64,000 nucleotides of DNA, from contig NC_043000.1 of the NCBI RefSeq assembly GCF_006345805.1, forward strand, positions 28,644,001 to 28,708,000, read 5' to 3'. The notes under the pieces are model-generated. The model saw only the letters and a list, made by a program, of their open reading frames with translations. It was not told the origin of the DNA and ran no database searches. Origin of the DNA: Octopus sinensis (lineage: Eukaryota). Shown here piece after piece: positions 1 through 12,400 of the stretch (positions within the stretch are counted from its first letter, which is position 1; each line of letters starts with the position of its first letter). The translations under genes were made by a program, and so were the position numbers.

Positions 1-172
1 GTGTGTGTGAGTGCAAACGTGTGTGTGTGTGTGTGTGCGAGGCGAGTGTAAAAGTGTGTGCATATGTTTAAGTGTGAGTGTGTGTGTGTGTGTCTGTGTG
101 TGTGAATCTGCGTCTGTGTGTGCGTGTGTGAATGTAAATGTGTGTGTGTGTGTGTGTGTGTGCATATGTTTA

Positions 173-248
<76 letters not shown>

Positions 249-255
249 GTGTGTG
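1..255. repeat. (GT)n compound microsatellite
   Basis: Continuous GT dinucleotide repeats with a duplicated gcatatgtttaagtgtgag interruption. Confidence 0.95.
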
Positions 256-589
256 AGGAAGTATATGGCCTGTTTGCAGAGTCCGGGATGTGTTCTTTGC
301 TAAGCTTGTCGTCCCATCTCAATAGGACTGCCGTCAAAAACGAAGTAACGTAGGCAACAGATCTGCTGGCTTCTAACACCATGCAGCCGTTGCTGTTCTT
401 GGTTTTTAGTTTGGTTTGCGCATTACGTATGTTTGTATAATGTACAGTTGGTGCTTATATGTCTACATTTGCATATATATATATATATATATAATACATA
501 CATACATACATACATACATACATACACACGTGTGTGTGTGTGTGTAAACGATGACATTATCTTCATATTTCTCTCCTTGTGCCCCTCCT

Positions 590-710
590 CTTCGGTGTCC
601 TTCCGCTTCTAATCTGCCACCTAATAATCATCGCAATGTTTATCAGCATCATCATCATCATCATCATCATCGTCGTCGTCGTCGTCGTCATCGTTATCAT
701 CGTAATCATC

Positions 711-742
<32 letters not shown>

Positions 743-1028
743 CAATAAAAAAACTTGGTAGCAGCAACAAACGGATCACTATCACCACCATCGTCATCAT
801 CATCATTCGTCATCATCATCATCCTTATCATCCTCCTCATCATCATCATCATCATCCTCCTCCTCCTCATCATCCTCATCATCATCATCATCATCATCGT
901 CGTCGTCGTCATCATCGTTATCATCATCATCACCACCATCACCACAACCATCACCACTACTATTGGTAGCAGCAACAAACTCATCAATATCACCAACATC
1001 ATCATCGTGATCATTATCATCATCATTG

Positions 1029-1064
<36 letters not shown>

Positions 1065-1320
1065 CCATCATCATCATCATCATCATTATCACCATCATCA
1101 TTATCACCATCATTATTTTCTGCTTCTTTTTTTTTTATTTTTTTCGTCTTCTTCAACATCATCTCCCTGATACCACTGATGGCTATCTCAAAGTTTCTGA
1201 TAACAAAAATCACACTTCACTGTCAGTGCTATTATTACTGCAAATGCTAATGTTCCTGCTGCTGCAGGTGATGATGAGGATGATTATGATGATGATGATG
1301 AGGAGGAGGATGATGATGGG
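590..1320. repeat. (CAT/CAC/CAA/CGT)n trinucleotide low-complexity tract
   Basis: Long mixed trinucleotide runs; the poly-I/H/M/D ORFs in the track are artefacts of it. Confidence 0.95.
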
Positions 1321-1612
1321 TGTGGGGTGATGTCGTTATTTATTCACAATAAGCGTGAGCAGCTTATTGGGGTTACCGGTGGAATGGAGTTAATTTCTAC
1401 GCATCAAATCCCAGATGACCAGAAAAGCAAACTACATGTGTATCAACAAGCGGTTGACTGACTTAATCACGCATTTTGACACCTTTAGTAGAGTTGCCTC
1501 TGCAAAATGCTTTCGGACGGGATATTTTGTTTATTTATTTTGTCTTTTAGCCAAGAGGGCAAGTAGTACTCGTGACTTTTTTTTACAGAACCTCCACTAC
1601 TAGTGGTACCCT

Positions 1613-1916
1613 GTGGAGGCACATGGCCTAGTGGTTAGGGCAGCGGACTCACGGTCGAGGGATCGCGAGTTCGAATCTCAGACCGGGGAAGGCGTGTGTT
1701 TATGAGCGAAACGCCTAAGCTCCATGCAAGCTCCGGCAGAAGGTAATGGCGAAACTTCTGCTGACTCTTTCGCCACAACTTTCTCTCACTCTTTCCTCCT
1801 GCATCTTGCAGCTCACCTGCGACGGACAGCATCCCGTCCAGTTGGGGAACCTATACGCCAAGAAACCGGGAAACCGGCCCTTATGAGCCAGGCGTGGCTC
1901 GAGAAGGAACAAACAA
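1613..1916 (+). mobile_element. tRNA-derived SINE type a (head H1 plus V/Meta-like body)
   Basis: A box tggcctagtggtta and B box gagttcgaatctc; body gcgacggacagcatcccgtccag...agaaaccggg resembles the V/Meta SINE central domain; ends in a gaacaaacaa tail. Confidence 0.8.
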
Positions 1917-2292
1917 ATAGTGGTACCCTCAAATCAAGTCCAGGCTCGAATGCTCGAAACAGATTTGCCTCCACTAAAGACACTGAAGGTGCTCGGTGAT
2001 AGTGTGAGGTAGGTCTTCCTCCTGCATCTATCATCTAAGTAACCCATGGCAGGATTTGAACTCAGAACATAACGAGTTGGGACAATACAGTCGTGCCTAT
2101 CCACTGCCTTCGACTACTACTTATGGTATATTTATTCCGAAAGACATTGTTCACCTCAGCGAAATTTGAATTCAGTGCCTACAGTACGTAAGCAAACACG
2201 CGAGGCATTCCCTCCGACATTTTAACCACTCCCCCCCCCCCATGTTCCACCTTTAGTTCCCCACACTCACTCACACATGCACGCACATACTG

Positions 2293-2656
2293 AATCTTCG
2301 GCTCCTCCCATCGATGCTTCTACAACGGCGCTTAAGCTGGTTCGGTCATGCAGCCCGGCGTCCAGAGAGTGAGCTGATTCGCGATGTCCTCCTCCCACCT
2401 CCACTTCCCAACTGGCGCAAACGCACGGGCGCGCAGCTGAAGGCCTGGGCAACGACGATAAAGGAGGACCTCTCCGAACTCTCAGGTCCGCAGGTGGTCG
2501 GTCTGCGCAGATGGAACCGAGAATGGCTCGCTATCTCCAGTGACCTTGCACAGGACATTCGAGCGTGGGCCGCCATTGTTCGTGATGCCATCAGGACCAG
2601 AGGAGAAGCCGGCTCAACCCGCCCTGGGTGAACGCCATCACAAGTACAAGTAAGTA
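2293..2656 (+). mobile_element. RTE-clade LINE, 5'-truncated 3' end
   Basis: ORF 2314-2631 QRRLSWFGHAARRP...WATTIKEDL...LAQDIRAWAAIVRD is a typical RTE ORF C-terminus, followed by a caagta tandem tail. Confidence 0.9.
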
Positions 2657-2660
2657 CATA

Positions 2661-2911
2661 TTGGGTTGGTGAATAATTATTGCGGCTTTTTTTCCAACAA
2701 ATTTTATTCAACAAAAACAATAACAGTATGAGAGAAAATAACTTTACGTGATTATTCCGCAGCATATTCACCCTCTAACTTAATCACTGCTTCCCATTTG
2801 CTTCGCAGACAGTCAGACCGTCATTTAAAGATGCTTTTGTTAAATATTGTTATTGTTTTTGTTGAATAAAATTTGTTGAAAAAAAGCCACAATAATTATG
2901 CACCAACCCAA
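2661..2911 (-). mobile_element. mariner-derived MITE with about 65-bp TIRs and TA TSD
   Basis: ta|ttgggttggtgaataattattgcgg ... ccacaataattatgcaccaacccaa|ta; TIR resembles Hsmar1/MADE1 ends; interior minus strand reads LRSKWEAVIKLEGEYAAE*, like a mariner transposase C-terminus. Confidence 0.9.
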
Positions 2912-3204
2912 TACAAAGCAACACATAGACAAAGAAAAGTGTCGTTGGTGCCGTCCTTCGTCTAGTTAAGTCTTAAAAAATAGAAATATACAAAGAAACC
3001 GGCATTTAGTTCCGAAAGACCAATAGTTGTAACAAATTAACTCAGGAAAACAATCACCGCGATACTTCTCGCTGTATCTTTACTCCAGATTCACACACAT
3101 ATTGCGCCATGATAGTTCCAGGCCTTCGTAATAGCAGAATGTGCTAAAAGTTCAAATACTCTAGCTCTATGCTAATCGTAATAATATTTTGGCTGATACT
3201 TCGT

Positions 3205-3630
3205 CGGCGAGTGGCAGAATTGTTATCGCGCCGGGCGAAATGCTTAGCCGTATTTCGTCTGCCGTTACGTTCTGAATTCAAATTCCGCCGAGGTCGACTT
3301 TACCTTTCATCCTTTCGGGGTCGATAAATTCAGTACCAGTTACGCACTGAGGTCGATCTAATCGACTTAATCCCTTCGGCTGTCCTTGTTTGTCCCCTCT
3401 ATGTTCAGCCCCTTGTGGGCAATAAAGAAATAAGAAATGTTACCGCGCCGGTCAAAATGTTTAGCGGCATTTTGTCCGACTTTACGTTCTGAGTTTAAAT
3501 TCCACCAAGTTCGACTGTGCCTTTCATTATTTTGGAATCGATTAAAATAAATACCATTTGAACACTGGGATCGATGTAATCGACTAATCCCATTCCTGAT
3601 ATTGCTAGCCTTGAGCCAAAATTTAAAGGC
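3205..3630 (+). mobile_element. CORE-type tRNA SINE, head-to-tail dimer
   Basis: Head gagtggcagaattgttatcgcgccggg, CORE-like gaggtcgactttacctttcatcctttcggggtcgataaa, tail to 3436; second monomer starts at 3437. Confidence 0.9.
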
Positions 3631-3719
3631 AATTTTTCTACTTTAGAAAATTACTATTTTCAAATCTCACAACGAGAGATATTCAGCAAAAGTACTTCGG
3701 AGTAAATATTGTTTGCCAA

Positions 3720-3968
3720 CAGGCTCGGCTCCATGTAAGGTTGCTCTCTTCTACCCTATGGATCTTTTATAACAATTATTTCTACTCTAAGAATCGAACC
3801 ACACTCGCAGGTTCGGCTCCATGTGAGGTTGCTCTTTTCTGCCCTATGGATCTTTTATAACAGTTATTTCTACTCTAAGAATCGAATCAACTCTGCGAGG
3901 TTCGGTTCCATGTGAGGTTACTCTCTTCTGCCCTATGAATCTTTTATAATAATTATTTTTATTCTAAG
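3720..3968. repeat. About 88-bp minisatellite, 3 copies
   Basis: Units start at 3720, 3808 and 3897 (ggttcggctccatgtgaggttgctc...ggatcttttataac...tctactctaag). Confidence 0.9.
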
Positions 3969-4381
3969 CACAAGACATTGAAAATTTTAGTGGTAAGGGG
4001 GATAGTAGATTACACTGACCCCGGTGCGTAACTGGTACTTATTTCATCGACCCCGAAAGAATGAAAGGCAAAGTCGACTTGAACTCGAAACGTAGCGACA
4101 GCTGAAATACCGCTATGCATTTCGCCCGGCGTGCTAACAATTCTTACTTCTCTATTGCCCACAAGGGGCCAAACACAGAGGGGACAAACAAAGATAGACA
4201 AAAGGATTAAGTCGATTACATCGACCCCAGTGCCAGTGCATAACTGGTACTTAATTTATCGACCCTGAAAGAATAAAAGGCAGAGTCGACCTCGGCAGAA
4301 TTTGAACTCAGAACATAACGACAGACGAAATACGGCTACGCATTGCGCCCGGCGTGCTAACGATTCTGCCAGCTCGCCACC
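3960..4381 (-). mobile_element. CORE-type tRNA SINE, head-to-tail dimer
   Basis: Reverse complement gives ggcgagctggcagaatcgttagcacgccggg...CORE...tail (4381-4141), then a second monomer from 4140. Confidence 0.9.
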
Positions 4382-5245
4382 TTAGGAGCTTTTATAATAA
4401 TAGTAACGATTTCTGGATATTTTTTAATCATTTTTAATGACACTTTTTTCTGCAAGGAAGAAGTAGTTTCGTTGTGGCTATTACTGAGTTCCAGCTCAGC
4501 TTTGCTTCAGCTGAACTATGAATAACTCGTCGTTTCGAATACCTCAATTTACATCAGCCAATGCTTCCGTTTTTAAGATTGTAAACTGTGACTTGATCGA
4601 ATTTACCTACTATTGATAGCATGTCGAGTATTTACAAATAGGCATACACGTGGTAGAGGGTGCAATTGTGGCTGATATTGTGATGTTGGTGGTGAACATA
4701 AATTTCATGGCAACAGTGAAAGCAATGACGATTATACGCATTAGGTTAAATCCTAGCTCATACCTAATGTCATTCTCTTGTTCCAACTGTACTGTGTTGG
4801 CAGATTATGAAATCAAATTCTATGTCTATGCATATTAATTAGGCAATAATATTTTAGCATTAGTGTTATATAATAATTAAACTTTATGTAAATGTTCAAA
4901 AGACAAACTTTGATCTGATGCCTTTTGAACATATCTGACCAGCAAATCTAGTATTCAGGAGCACATATATATTATTAACCTCAAATACTTGTGCCAACAT
5001 CCGATTAGCATTTAACATGCGAAACTTTTCCTGACTGAAATTATTATCTAAATATCCATTACAACCTCACATCATACGTCACATAACGCAGGTTCTACTA
5101 CAAAACGACCCCGATTCCTCATGACTATATTATATAAGATAAGGTCAGAAACAGAAGAGGATCTTGGGAATAATAACATCTCGTATTGATTCTTGTTTCG
5201 CTTATACACCAGTTAATTATATTTACTGATCATTGTGAACTTATG

Positions 5246-5935
5246 TCAAGTCAATTTATGTCAATTCAGTTTATTACTATTATTGTGATAAGGGCGATGA
5301 GCTGGTAGATTCGTGAATGAGTCGTAAGAAATACTTCGCGGTAACGCGGCAACACTTTACACTCTCGGTTCAATCCCCGCCGTGGCCACATTTACCTTTC
5401 TTCAAGTCAATTTATGTCAATTCAGTTTATTACTATTATTGTGATTATTGTGAAGGCGCGTGGTTTAGTGGTTAGGGGCATTCGGCTCATGATCGTAAGG
5501 TTGTGAGTTCAATTCGCGGCGACGCGTTATGTCCTTGAGCAAGACACTTTATCTCCCATTGCTCCAGTCCCCTCAGCTGGCAAACATTAGTAGTACCTGC
5601 ATTTCAAAGGGCCAGTCTTGTCACACTATGTGTCACGCTGAATCTCCTCGAGAACTACGTTAAGGGTACACGTGTCTGTGGATTGCTCAGCCACTTTCAC
5701 GTTAATTTCACGAGCAAGCTGTTCCGTTGATCGTATCAGCTGGGGCCCTTGTCGTCGCAACCGACGGAGTGCTCCTATTATTGTGATAAGGGCGATGAGC
5801 TGATAGATTCGTGAATGAGTCGTAAGAAATACTTCGCGGTAACGTGGCATCACTTTACACTCTCGGTTCAATTCCCGCCGTGGCTACATTTGCCTTTCTT
5901 CCTTTCGGAGACCGATAAAATAAAGTACCTGTCAC
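5246..5935 (+). repeat. 156-bp tandem duplication carrying a CORE-SINE head; second unit interrupted by a SINE
   Basis: tcaagtcaatttatgtcaattcagtttattactattattgtga at both 5246 and 5402; the SINE-head sequence resumes at 5788. Confidence 0.85.
5450..5774 (+). mobile_element. tRNA SINE type c with Nin-like central domain, 13-bp TSD
   Basis: A/B boxes, gtccttgagcaagacacttt linker, gtacctgcatttcaaagggccagtcttgtcacac body; ctattattgtgat at 5433-5445 and 5775-5787. Confidence 0.85.
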
Positions 5936-6099
5936 AATAGTCGATGGTAACGAGCTGGCAGAAGCGTTAGGACGCCGGGCGAGATGCATAGCCGTATTTC
6001 GTCCGCCGTTACGTTCTGAGTTCAACTTATTATGATTTTGCGACAATTCATATATGATCAATTTTCATTTTGTTTTTCAGATTTTTGTGATACATATAT

Positions 6100-6740
6100 C
6101 TACAATGGCTTCAGGTACTTCAAAACACCGAGGCTGCATCATTCATCCTGCTACGTGTGTGGCGCTTTTACAACAGTTGCAGAGCGCTGAACAATTACTT
6201 CCCTCCTGAGAACTGCTTAGTTTCATTATTTTGATTCTAAAATTGGAGATCAGGACAAATCCTGGGCCCCATACATCTGTTGTAAACCCTGCTACAATGG
6301 CCTAACTGCATGGTTTAGCGGCAAGAAAGCAGCCTTTAACTTTGCTCTCCCGATGGTCTGGAGAGAGACCCACGAAGCCATGAAGATGATTGTTATTTTG
6401 TCTAACAAATATAACAGGTTTCAATGCTTCTTATAGAAAAAGATCAAATATCCCAATCTTCCCTCAGCTATGAGACTTTTCCCTCACTCATTTGATCTCC
6501 CTGTCCCTACACCCCCAGCAAATAATGATCTTCCTTCATCAGGTGAAGAAATGCCTTCAGGGGATGATTCTGCCAAGTCGATCTCTTATGAAGACAATGT
6601 CTCTGTTTACATTATTTACATTATTTTCATTCGACGGATATTTGTCCTCATCTTTGTTGTTAAAACAACGTTTTGGCCTTCTTCAGGTGTCTTGGGGAAA
6701 TTTCGGACCATGGTTCTCATTCCTAAGATTTTTTATGTTA

Positions 6741-6785
<45 letters not shown>

Positions 6786-8300
6786 TCACTGCTTGGAATC
6801 GAACTCGGAATCTTGCCCACGGGCATATGGCGTACCGGTTAAGAACTGTAATGTCTCTGTTTTTTCAGGAGCAAGTGCAATGAACCCCACTGGGTTACGC
6901 AGGAAGTCTTGAATGACCTTTTCCATTATTTGTATCTATCTAAGCAGCAGTCAGAGCTCCGGCTTAAGTAATGGAACCTGGTTAAGACAGATGTCAGGAT
7001 CACCAGTTTCAGGACATGGAACCAATACTTTGTGTCATTCTTCGACATGAAAAACAGATTGTGCTACTGCACAACTGTCTCTAGCTTGTTCACCTTCCTT
7101 GCTTTCCCACACAAGCCCTCAGATTGGCATCATTCCATAGACTCTTCCATGCAAAGTCTGAAGGCTGTGCCAAGTACCCCAGCATTTCCATTCCCTACTC
7201 AGTCCATATAGGAGTCGTATGATAATATGGAACTCCTTTTAGAAGCTGTCAAATACAACCAGTACCAGCGGAGTCTCTGCGGGGACCTCAAGATCACTGG
7301 GCCCCTTATGGGTATACAAGCTAGCTTCACAAAGTACTGTTGCTTTCTCTGTCTGGGACAGTCGGACTGTGTCTAACCACTACAAACAGAAGGGGTGGGT
7401 ATCTAGGAGCATTTCGTGCCTGATGAAAACAGTGTCCAAGAAAATCACCAGGTGGACATGAACAAGGTACTTCTTCCTCCCCTTCATATCAATCTTAGTT
7501 TAATAAAGAAATTCCTGAAGGCCATGGATAAAAATGGCTCTGTCTTTGAACACTTGTACACTCTATCCCCAGCTCTGAGTTCCGCTAAACTGCAGTGGGG
7601 TATCTTCGTCAGGCCTCACATGCGAGAAGTGCTGAAGAAGAAGGGATTTGAGGAGCTTCTTACGTTAAAGGAACTGTGAGCATGAGAAGCATTTAAGTCA
7701 GTCTGCCATGGCTTTCTTGGTAACACATGGGTACTAGATTACCAAGAGTTTATCGAGAAGTTGTTACAGTCTTATGAGGATATGGGGTGCCGAATGTCGC
7801 TCAAAATTCATTTTCACCTCTCCCACCTCAACTTCTTCCCTCCGAAGCTCGGAGCAGTGAGTGATGAGCATGGAGAAAGGTTCCACTAAGATACTACTAA
7901 GATGGAGAGCAACTACTAAGACAAGTGGAACCCCCAGCATGATGGGGGACTTTTGCTGGTTACTCTTGCGTGACATCCAGGAGGCAAAGTACACAAGATC
8001 ATAAAAAAAAAACACTCACTTCAAACTGTCCCCTGTTCTATGATTTGTGTGTATTGTATTATCCAAGTGATTTAGTTCCATTAAAGTTCTGTATGCTGGG
8101 TATTTTTTCTGTAATATGCCTTTGTAACAGAGGCATATTACACATTGTATTTTGAATTTATATGCAGTATAAATAAAATGGGATATGTGAAAGCAAAAAA
8201 CTGGAGGAGGCGATAGAGCAAAACTGCTCAGAAAATTGAATTCACCACATCAAAATTAGTAGAAAACACCTATTCACATCCTTGCCTAAGAGCAAAAAGA
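6100..8300 (+). pseudogene. Degenerate DNA transposase, probably CMC/Chapaev3-like
   Basis: Frameshifted motifs CYVCG, GDQDKSWAPYICCKPC, PMVWRE, LLPPLHINLSLIKKFLKAM and SLKIHF..HL..FPPKLGAVSDEHGERFH. The superfamily assignment is from memory of these motifs. Confidence 0.75.
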
Positions 8301-9142
8301 TTTTTTTGTAAAATATTTTTTTGCTATTATTATTTTACATTGAAGGGTAACGAGCTGGCAGAATCTTTAGTACGTTGGGCGAAATGCTTAAAGGCAAATT
8401 AAACCGTCTCCGGTTCTCCAGAAATATGTATAGACACCGCTTTTCTTCGATAAAGTCACCACACAAAGATGCTAGATTTTTCCGTAAAAAAACTTCAGCA
8501 TTCTATATTTTTCGGAGCACTGTCTAACATTGAAAACTTTATTTTGCCTCAAAACATTGGCAAAGCAAATTTTGTTATTGACTACGAGATGGATTTTTTT
8601 TTTTCAGGTTATAACCAGCGTCTCTGTTTATTCTACAAATGTGTTCGTTTATGTTTTCTGGGTAATTTCCAAAGTGTCACTATCTGCGTTTGTATTCGTA
8701 ATTGCATCTGTTTATTTAGTTTAATTGTCATAATTTTTCTCTCATTTTTTTACTTTATTTTATTTATTTTACAGTCTGTGTTGACAATTTTTAGCAAATT
8801 TTCTCCAAAAATTCGATGTGGATGTAAACAGTTACCTTTATTGTAGTCTGCACCTCTTACCGCCACGCTTGATGATGAAGCCATATTGTTATACAAGTAA
8901 ACAAAATGTTACAAATTATAAAATTGAAATTTCTTTTATATTTATATCCAAGAAATAAAAATAAAGAGAGAATAGTTTTGAATAATGTAAGACATGGCAA
9001 TATTCCCATTCAAAATATTCGCTCTGCACTTCTTCCTCTGGCTGAAAACAACATCACACAACAAGGACAAAAATGCTTTCTAATTTTGGCACAAGGGCAA
9101 GCATTTTTAGGTGAAGGGACATCGAACCTAGCACTGAACTGG

Positions 9143-9229
<87 letters not shown>

Positions 9230-9290
9230 GTAGGTAGGTAGGTAGGTAGGTAGGTAGGTAAGTAGGTAGGTAGGTAGGTAGGTAGGTAGG

Positions 9291-9374
<84 letters not shown>

Positions 9375-9423
9375 CAGATAGATAGATAAATAGGTAGGTA
9401 GGTAGGTAGATAGATAGATAGAT

Positions 9424-9475
<52 letters not shown>

Positions 9476-9493
9476 TATAGATAGACAGATAGA
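9143..9493. repeat. (GACA)/(GATA)/(GGTA)n tetranucleotide tract at the 3' end of Tx1 family A
   Basis: Direct read of the repeat. Confidence 0.95.
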
Positions 9494-12400
9494 TTCTTTA
9501 TTGGCCACACAGGGCTGCACACAGATGGGACAAGTTATAAGGTAGAGCTTTTCTTTTGGGGGATGAAAAAAAAAAAAAACAAAAAACAAAAGTAACAAAA
9601 AAAAGGTGGCGTAGGTTTTCGATCAAAAGGGATCGTAAAAGGGAAAAAAGAACAAAAAAAAGAAATGAAAAAAAGAAAAAAAGGAAAAGGAACAAAAGAA
9701 AAGAAAAATGAAAAAAGAACAAAATGAGGAAAAAAAGGGGAAGAGAGAAAAAAAACGATCAATAGGGATCGTGTATCACAGTGTCATGATGTATGGTGTA
9801 AAGGGGAAAGCAAGTAAGGTTTATCCGTGGGAAGAAAAGCCTACGAAAAAGACCACGGTAACCTTGGTCAATATTGTTATAAGTTACCACATTTGTTTGC
9901 AAGTGGGTAACCCTCTGTTTTCAATTTCTGGGTTCATAGGATTATGCTCAAGGTGGCTTCGTCATTCATACGTGCCATCCTTGCTACATTCACCCATCTT
10001 TTTTTAAAACGTTCGCTAGACAAAACTTGCCTCTCTACTCTCACTTTCCTTTTCAAGTGGTACTTGAAGAAGTTGATGAGAGGTTGACCAGAGAGGAAAG
10101 TGTTTTTCTCCAATCCTTTAAGACGCGTCCACCAGATACATTCTTTCGCAATAGCCACAAGGATGATGAAAATAGCTCTTCCTTCCTGTTTGAAGGAAGG
10201 AGGCGTGACAATACTGACGATAGACTCAGCTGATAAACCGACTCGTCCCACACGTGACAGCAGTTGTTCGACATAAGCCCACAGATCGGAAATTGTTGGA
10301 CACTGCACGAGTGCATGCAGAACGGTTTCGTCGCTCTGACCGCATCTCGGGCAGGTCGGCCCCGTGTTTCTCGAGCCGTGTCTGTAGACCTTATCCCGAA
10401 CGGGTAGCGCTTCTCGGTAGCACTGCCAGGCCAGGGATCTCTAGAAGTTGTCCATGGGCCCTGGCCCGAAAATCGTCCCGAACAGGCGGGTCAGGTATTC
10501 CTCGTCGACGTCCAGGTTCGCCACGAGCTCGTCGTCGTACATCCCCTCCACTAATCCCCTATAGAATGCTTTGGTTGTGATGGAGTCACTCAATGTTGGC
10601 CCAGGACGGCAGAGTTGCTTGAGAGCAACGCGACACTCGCGGTGCCATTCGCCCTTCCTCGGCCTCTTTTTGATCCACGATTGCAGTTCGGTCATGGAGA
10701 CGAGCTGCGGGAAAGCGCGCCTCACAAACGGCGACCACACCTGTTCATCGTCGTCTACGAAGAGCCTGAGATGTCGCAGTCTCAGCGCGTGTCTGCGCAT
10801 CATCAACCACGGCATGCCCAGTCCTCCTTTTAACGGGTGTTGACAGCAAATGGATCGCCTGACCATCGGGACGCATCCTTTCCACAAGAAGCGAAAGAGG
10901 ATGCGTTCTAGTTTGGTGATGGTAGGGTCGGGACAAGGCACGACGGTCAGGCGGTAGTAGATGACGGACGCGATGTACGTGTTCGCCACCTCCGCCCGAC
11001 CTTTTAGGAAGTTTCCTCTCGGCCCATTGCCGGGCGAGAGTGACAACCATACTCGTTATCTCGTTCCAGTTCTTCTCCATTTGGAGGTCCGGACCGAACC
11101 AGACCCCGAGCAACTCGACCGGACCGTCGGTCCAGCGTCCCACAACGGAGGCGCTGGTGGACGGCATGGGCTTGCTTCTCCAGGTGCCGAGCCGCAAGCC
11201 CACTGACTTTTCCCGGTTGATTTTTGCTCCTGTCACCGCTTCGTAGTTTTTCAGTGTCTCGCCGACCTGCTCGATGTGCTCGTGGCTAGACACTATGACG
11301 GTGACGTCGTCTGCGTATGCAGACACGCTCGTCCCGCATCCCAGTTCTCGCGGGATGCCCCTCAGAGTTGCCAGCTTCCGCAATAGTGGATCGAGAGTCA
11401 ATACGTATAGAAGCGACGAGAGGGGGCATCCCTGACGGACCGAACGTGCGATGTCGAAAGGTCTCGATAGATGTCCATTTACTCGAATTACCGAACGGAT
11501 GCCTCTGTAAAAAGCGGCTATCCAGCCGCGGAAGACGGGACCGAAGCCAGCCGCTTTGAGGACTGCCTCCAAGTATCGATGGTCTACCCTATCGAAAGCT
11601 TTCGATTGATCCAAATTGATCAGCGCCCCACCCATGCCAGGTTCGTTAACTACCCTGTCTATGATGTAGCGCATCAGGTGGAGGTTGTCATGGATGGTCC
11701 GGCCCGGCACGGCGCTTGTTTGCGCCTTGTCGACCAGTTTCTCGATGACAAGCGCCAACCTCTTGGCTAGCACCTTGGCCAAAATTTTCAAGTCTGCATT
11801 AAGCAGAGTGATGGGCCTAAAGTTATCTATTACATTTCCCTTGTTTAGATCTTTCTTCAGCAGTGTTTTGGCTCCTCGGCTCACAAAACCAGGAATGCTC
11901 CCGTTTTGCTGCCAGTTGCAGTACACCGCTGCCAAGACGTCTCCAAACAAGTCTGGCATACAACTGTAAAGCTCGTAGGGTAGACCATCCAAACCCGGCG
12001 ATTTGTCCCTCGAGCATTCTGCCATCGCGTCCTGCACTTCCGCCGCCGTGATGGCACCTTCGCAGCACCCTGTCTCTCTTGTCGAGAGTCGTGGTAGGCT
12101 GTGTAGGTAGGCACTGAAGTCCACCCTACGTTCTTGCCCGCCACTCGTCCCGAACAGTCGGGCAAAATGCTGTTGGAAGTCCTCACACATTTTACTTGGC
12201 TCGATCAATTCGCGCCCCTGTTCATCTACCAGAGACCGAATGGTGGCTTTGTTGCCCTGTTGCGCCTCTGCCACCCGGGCCTCTCTCGCGGCTCCAACAC
12301 ATTCGTTCCTTAGAGCACGCATCCTAGCTCTGATTGCACACCCTTCGTGTTTGGCATTGAAGTGTTGGTCGAGGGCCAACCTCGCCGCCAAAACGTCGGA

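Noticed and set aside
260-410. Unique GC-balanced island after the GT repeat as a possible exon
   Set aside because: No frame gives a recognisable peptide and the splice signals are weak.
1613-1690. tRNA gene calls at SINE heads (also 5450, 15040, 21597, 26036)
   Set aside because: A/B boxes are present, but cloverleaves are incomplete and continue into SINE bodies.
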